A DNA stretch of 64,000 nt from Carcharhinus longimanus (taxonomy: Eukaryota), in the NCBI GenBank assembly GCA_030264375.1, contig JASCQW010000081.1, positions 32,582,205 to 32,646,204 on the forward strand, read 5' to 3'. The notes below the pieces were generated by a model. It ran no database searches. It was not told where the DNA came from and was given only the letters and a program-made list of their open reading frames with translations. Made by a program: the position numbers and the translations under genes. Shown here piece after piece: positions 60,464 through 64,000 of the stretch. Within the stretch, counting starts at the first letter, position 1, and every line of letters begins with the position of its first letter.

Positions 60464-62242
60464 CTATCTGAAATAGGAACAGAAAAAGCTGGATGAACAC
60501 AGCAGGCCTGGCAGCAGCTGTGGAAAGAGAAACAGAGTTAATGTTTTGAGTCCGTATGATTCTTCTACGGAGTCAAAATCATGTTTGGTGTATGTAATAC
60601 TGCAGTTAACAACAAGGACCTGATTTGGGTTGGGTTAATAGTTGCCTTCTTTTCAAAAGATAATATTTTTGTGACCACAGGCCAACTTTGAGAAGCAACT
60701 TCAGTCATTTCATTGATATATTGAACCAACTCGTGACTTCCTTACAAGACACTCAGTAACAATAGGTCTTGCATTACAATGATCAACATTTCTTTTTGTT
60801 TTTTGTGTGTCCAAGTGAAAGCTATTAATTGAGCTCTTTCAATTTCAAGGAGTTCTGGGCATTTAACTTCAGATTATTTAATTAGCTATCCTAAGCAGTT
60901 CCTTACCCCACCCCACCCCAAGTTTTGAATGTGTAAAGTCATTTTCAGATTATTAACTTATTTCTTCCAGACAGAGCCCTATGGTGAATCACTGCAGTTA
61001 AGACACATTATAACACATCATCCAGCGACATTTGGAAGTTGTCAAGACATTTAATACTTACCTGTACGAATGTAACATGTATTACATTCTTTCCCCAGGG
61101 ATCACAGGCTTCCAATAAGGCAGGAGTTTTTTTATTACAAAACCCATGCTAGCATAAGAAAATAGCAGGGAGGAGGAAATTCAAATTTCCCGAAGGGTGA
61201 ACCAAAACCTCAGATCTTCCTGACCTAAGGCCTTCCTGAATCACCGGAAGGTCACACAAAAAATAGATCAGGGTTGGGAAGGGAGAAGGAATTTGTTTTG
61301 CTGTCAAGATTTCCAACCCCATTCCTGTGTCCATCAGGTGATGAAAACCTGGCCCAAGATGTACTGGTTGAGGCATTTAGAGCCCAAAAAGCGTGCAATA
61401 GTGTATTCTATAATATATTCATGTCCAATCTTGTCCAGTCTCAACTAATAGACTGCAATAAAACAGAGGCCCAGGACCAAGAGGATAATATTCAGTCAAA
61501 CATTAGGAACATGTCTACATGTCCCAGCTCCAGGGTTGTGAAGTTCAGTGCAAATTGAGATCTACTGTGTTTCATTCCTCTGTGTGCAATGCTATATCAT
61601 CCTTTAAGTAAATGGTAAAGTTTCAAACCAAAACCTTGCATTTCTTGTAGTCACTGTTGATGAATTTTCTCCTCATTAAATCATTTTCAATTTCCTAATT
61701 AGTCATTGCCTATTTTCCTATATTTTTATTCACTTGTCACATTTCATAATGTAATTTCTCTCACAATTATTTTTTCTTTTCATATTGAACCAAAACATGC
61801 ATTGTCTGTACTGCTCCAGTAAAAATTACATTTTGTGTGGTACAGCTTTCATGATAACTGCTCATTCACCCCATTATAAACACATTATTTAAGATGTATT
61901 ATAGACTAGGCACCAAGGGCTGGATTTACAACCTGGAGTGAGAAACCCAATACCCAGAACCTTTTCATGTCAGTGATATGATGCAATTTTAAAATGCAAA
62001 GGCCCTAGTTGGGCCATAGGTAATGTCTGTGCCCAATTAATGAACTGAGTGTTGCCAAGAGGTGGGGACTAGCTGTGGAGGGTGATTTTCAAAGGCAGTC
62101 AGCATCTATGACTGTGCTTGTCCTTGTCTTGTGAAATGGAGCAGGCAGGAAAGAGCAGAGAGGCAACAGCCTCACAGTTCAAACATGTGCTGAAACATTC
62201 ACTCATCAGGCATATAATCCATTCTCCTTGAGCACTGACTAT

Positions 62243-62425
62243 ACATAGAATCATAGAATCCCTGCAGTGCAGAAGGAGACAATTTGGCCCATTTAGTCTG
62301 TAAGTCTCTTACCCACGCTTCCCCCATGTATTTACCCCACTAATTCCCCTAGCCTGGACATTAAGGAGCAATTTAGCATGGCCAATCTACCTAACACGCA
62401 CATCTTTGAACTGTGGGAGGAAAAC
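62243..62425 (-). mobile_element. 5'-truncated V-SINE (tail A)
   Basis: catagaatcatagaatccctgcagtgcagaagg...ctgtgggaggaaa. Confidence 0.85.
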
Positions 62426-64000
62426 TCATTTTGACTATCTTTTTCTTCAGGACTTTTACATCAGTTACCATAATTAATAATGGCTCCCTCTATGCCCCCA
62501 ACATCTGTGAACTAACATGCCACAGTATGTCACTCCTCCCATGCTTACCTTTGGAAATTTGACTCTGCCCCTCTCTAGCCCGTTAACCAGGTTCTTCACA
62601 GAGCTTAATAGCTAGTTAATTGGAGGCGTACAGGTTTCTGCTAACCCCCTTGCCCTTCCATTGGAAACTGCGATTGGAAATTGGAAATTGACATGCTATC
62701 AATGCCAACCTATTTTCAAAGATTGCCCGCACTCGACCTCACCCCCATGGACGACTGAAAATCCAGCCGCAAGAATTTGCAAAAAAAATAGATTTGTATT
62801 CTATGCACACTCACTTTCCATTGTTATACAACAGTCACTGTGTTTGTACCCCTGCCTCTGCTCTCTCTTTCTGAGTCTATCCGTGTTTCACATTTTATTG
62901 CCTTAATTACACTTTAGGCCTGTTTTATCTCTCCAGTTAGGTCTTGGCCCCCCTCTGTGCTTTGCGTTGCAGCTTATCAACCCTTGCTTATCAGTGCTGT
63001 CTGCTTACAGTCACTCCCCAGCCCAAATGTCCCCTACTCCCATACATGCATACGCTGTCAACTCTCCCTCCCCCTTGAGAGGTAATAAATTCAAAGTGAA
63101 AACAACTCAGGAGGAATTAACTACATCATCACTTGTTCAGCATTATATTCGCAAGCCTCATAAATGATGCAAGAGGAAAGACACCCAAGTCCTCAAAGAG
63201 TGAGGTGCATAAAAGCCAGAAATGATTCTCCAGCCGTTCCTAAAGTTTCTATAGAAACATGTTTCGTTTATGTAAAATTCAACTCTATCCAAGCTGGCTT
63301 AATAAAACTGCCCTGGATTACTGATACGTACTTGAAGCAACCTTCAAAGCCTCTCTTCCTTTGCTCTGCACAACAGGCTATTTTTTCAAGTTTGTTTGAA
63401 CTATGTTTTTCAAGAATAAAAACGCTCTTCAATATGTACATCTCCGTGCATTTTCCAGGCTTCCTATTAATTTTGGCATAATCTTAATGCATATATTCGG
63501 CCTGTAATCTTAGGCTCCATTGTGTGGTGAGCATGCTGTGAATGAAATGAATAATTTATTGTTTTAATGATAAAGGGAAAATTATAACATGCAGCGAAAA
63601 ATCACAAATACTGAAATAAACTCATTTCATTTATTACAATAATTAATCATCTTAACTTAAAAAAAATAATGTGGTTTCAAGGAATGACTAACAAAATTTC
63701 AGGATTTGAGTCACCAGGTTTTTGGACAAACTGATATATCGTAAGATATCAAAATTTAACCGTTTAAAGCTCTGAATCACATATGTTGTTAATAAGTAAA
63801 TTACGGCAAATTACCATTAGCCCCACTTCCCATGGTGCAAGCTATTTTTAACCACTCAAAAGCCAATCAAAGGTGGGCAACAATGTCACATCTGATAAAA
63901 ACTGTACTCATTATATTGACATTATACACTGAAGTTGAAATCCATTTCCCGCAGTCCATGTACATTGGGAAGATCCTCTGGCTTGTGCCATGTTAGCTTA

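Noticed and set aside
61274-61558. Possible exon after ccatcag|
   Set aside because: The apparent acceptor overlaps a MITE-like terminus (aaaacctggccc), and the peptide is unrecognisable.

Overview
This is eukaryotic, AT-rich, repeat-dense DNA, almost certainly from a shark or other elasmobranch. The taxon is inferred from about 25 copies of an HE1-type tRNA-derived V-SINE plus CR1-type LINEs with matching tails. I found no intact host protein-coding gene, rRNA, tRNA or CRISPR array; nearly all ORFs in the track are SINE/LINE or low-complexity artefacts, so the window looks intergenic or deep intronic. Recognisable content: (1) many CR1, L2 and Rex1/Babar-like LINE fragments; (2) V-SINEs with two alternative 3' tails, plus two other SINE families; (3) PIF/Harbinger-type MITEs and a decayed three-exon Harbinger Myb/SANT gene (about 7.15-8.62 kb, minus strand); (4) a solo LTR and two very old Gypsy pol fossils; (5) Penelope-like repeat ends with hammerhead-ribozyme-like cores; (6) a frameshifted, apparently intronless MROH1-like HEAT-repeat pseudogene fragment (about 28.9-29.6 kb); (7) two local templated duplications (119-bp direct, 77-bp inverted); (8) several TE-free islands that may be conserved non-coding elements. 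There are eight N gaps. All family assignments come from manual translation and motif recognition, not database searches, and most element boundaries are approximate.
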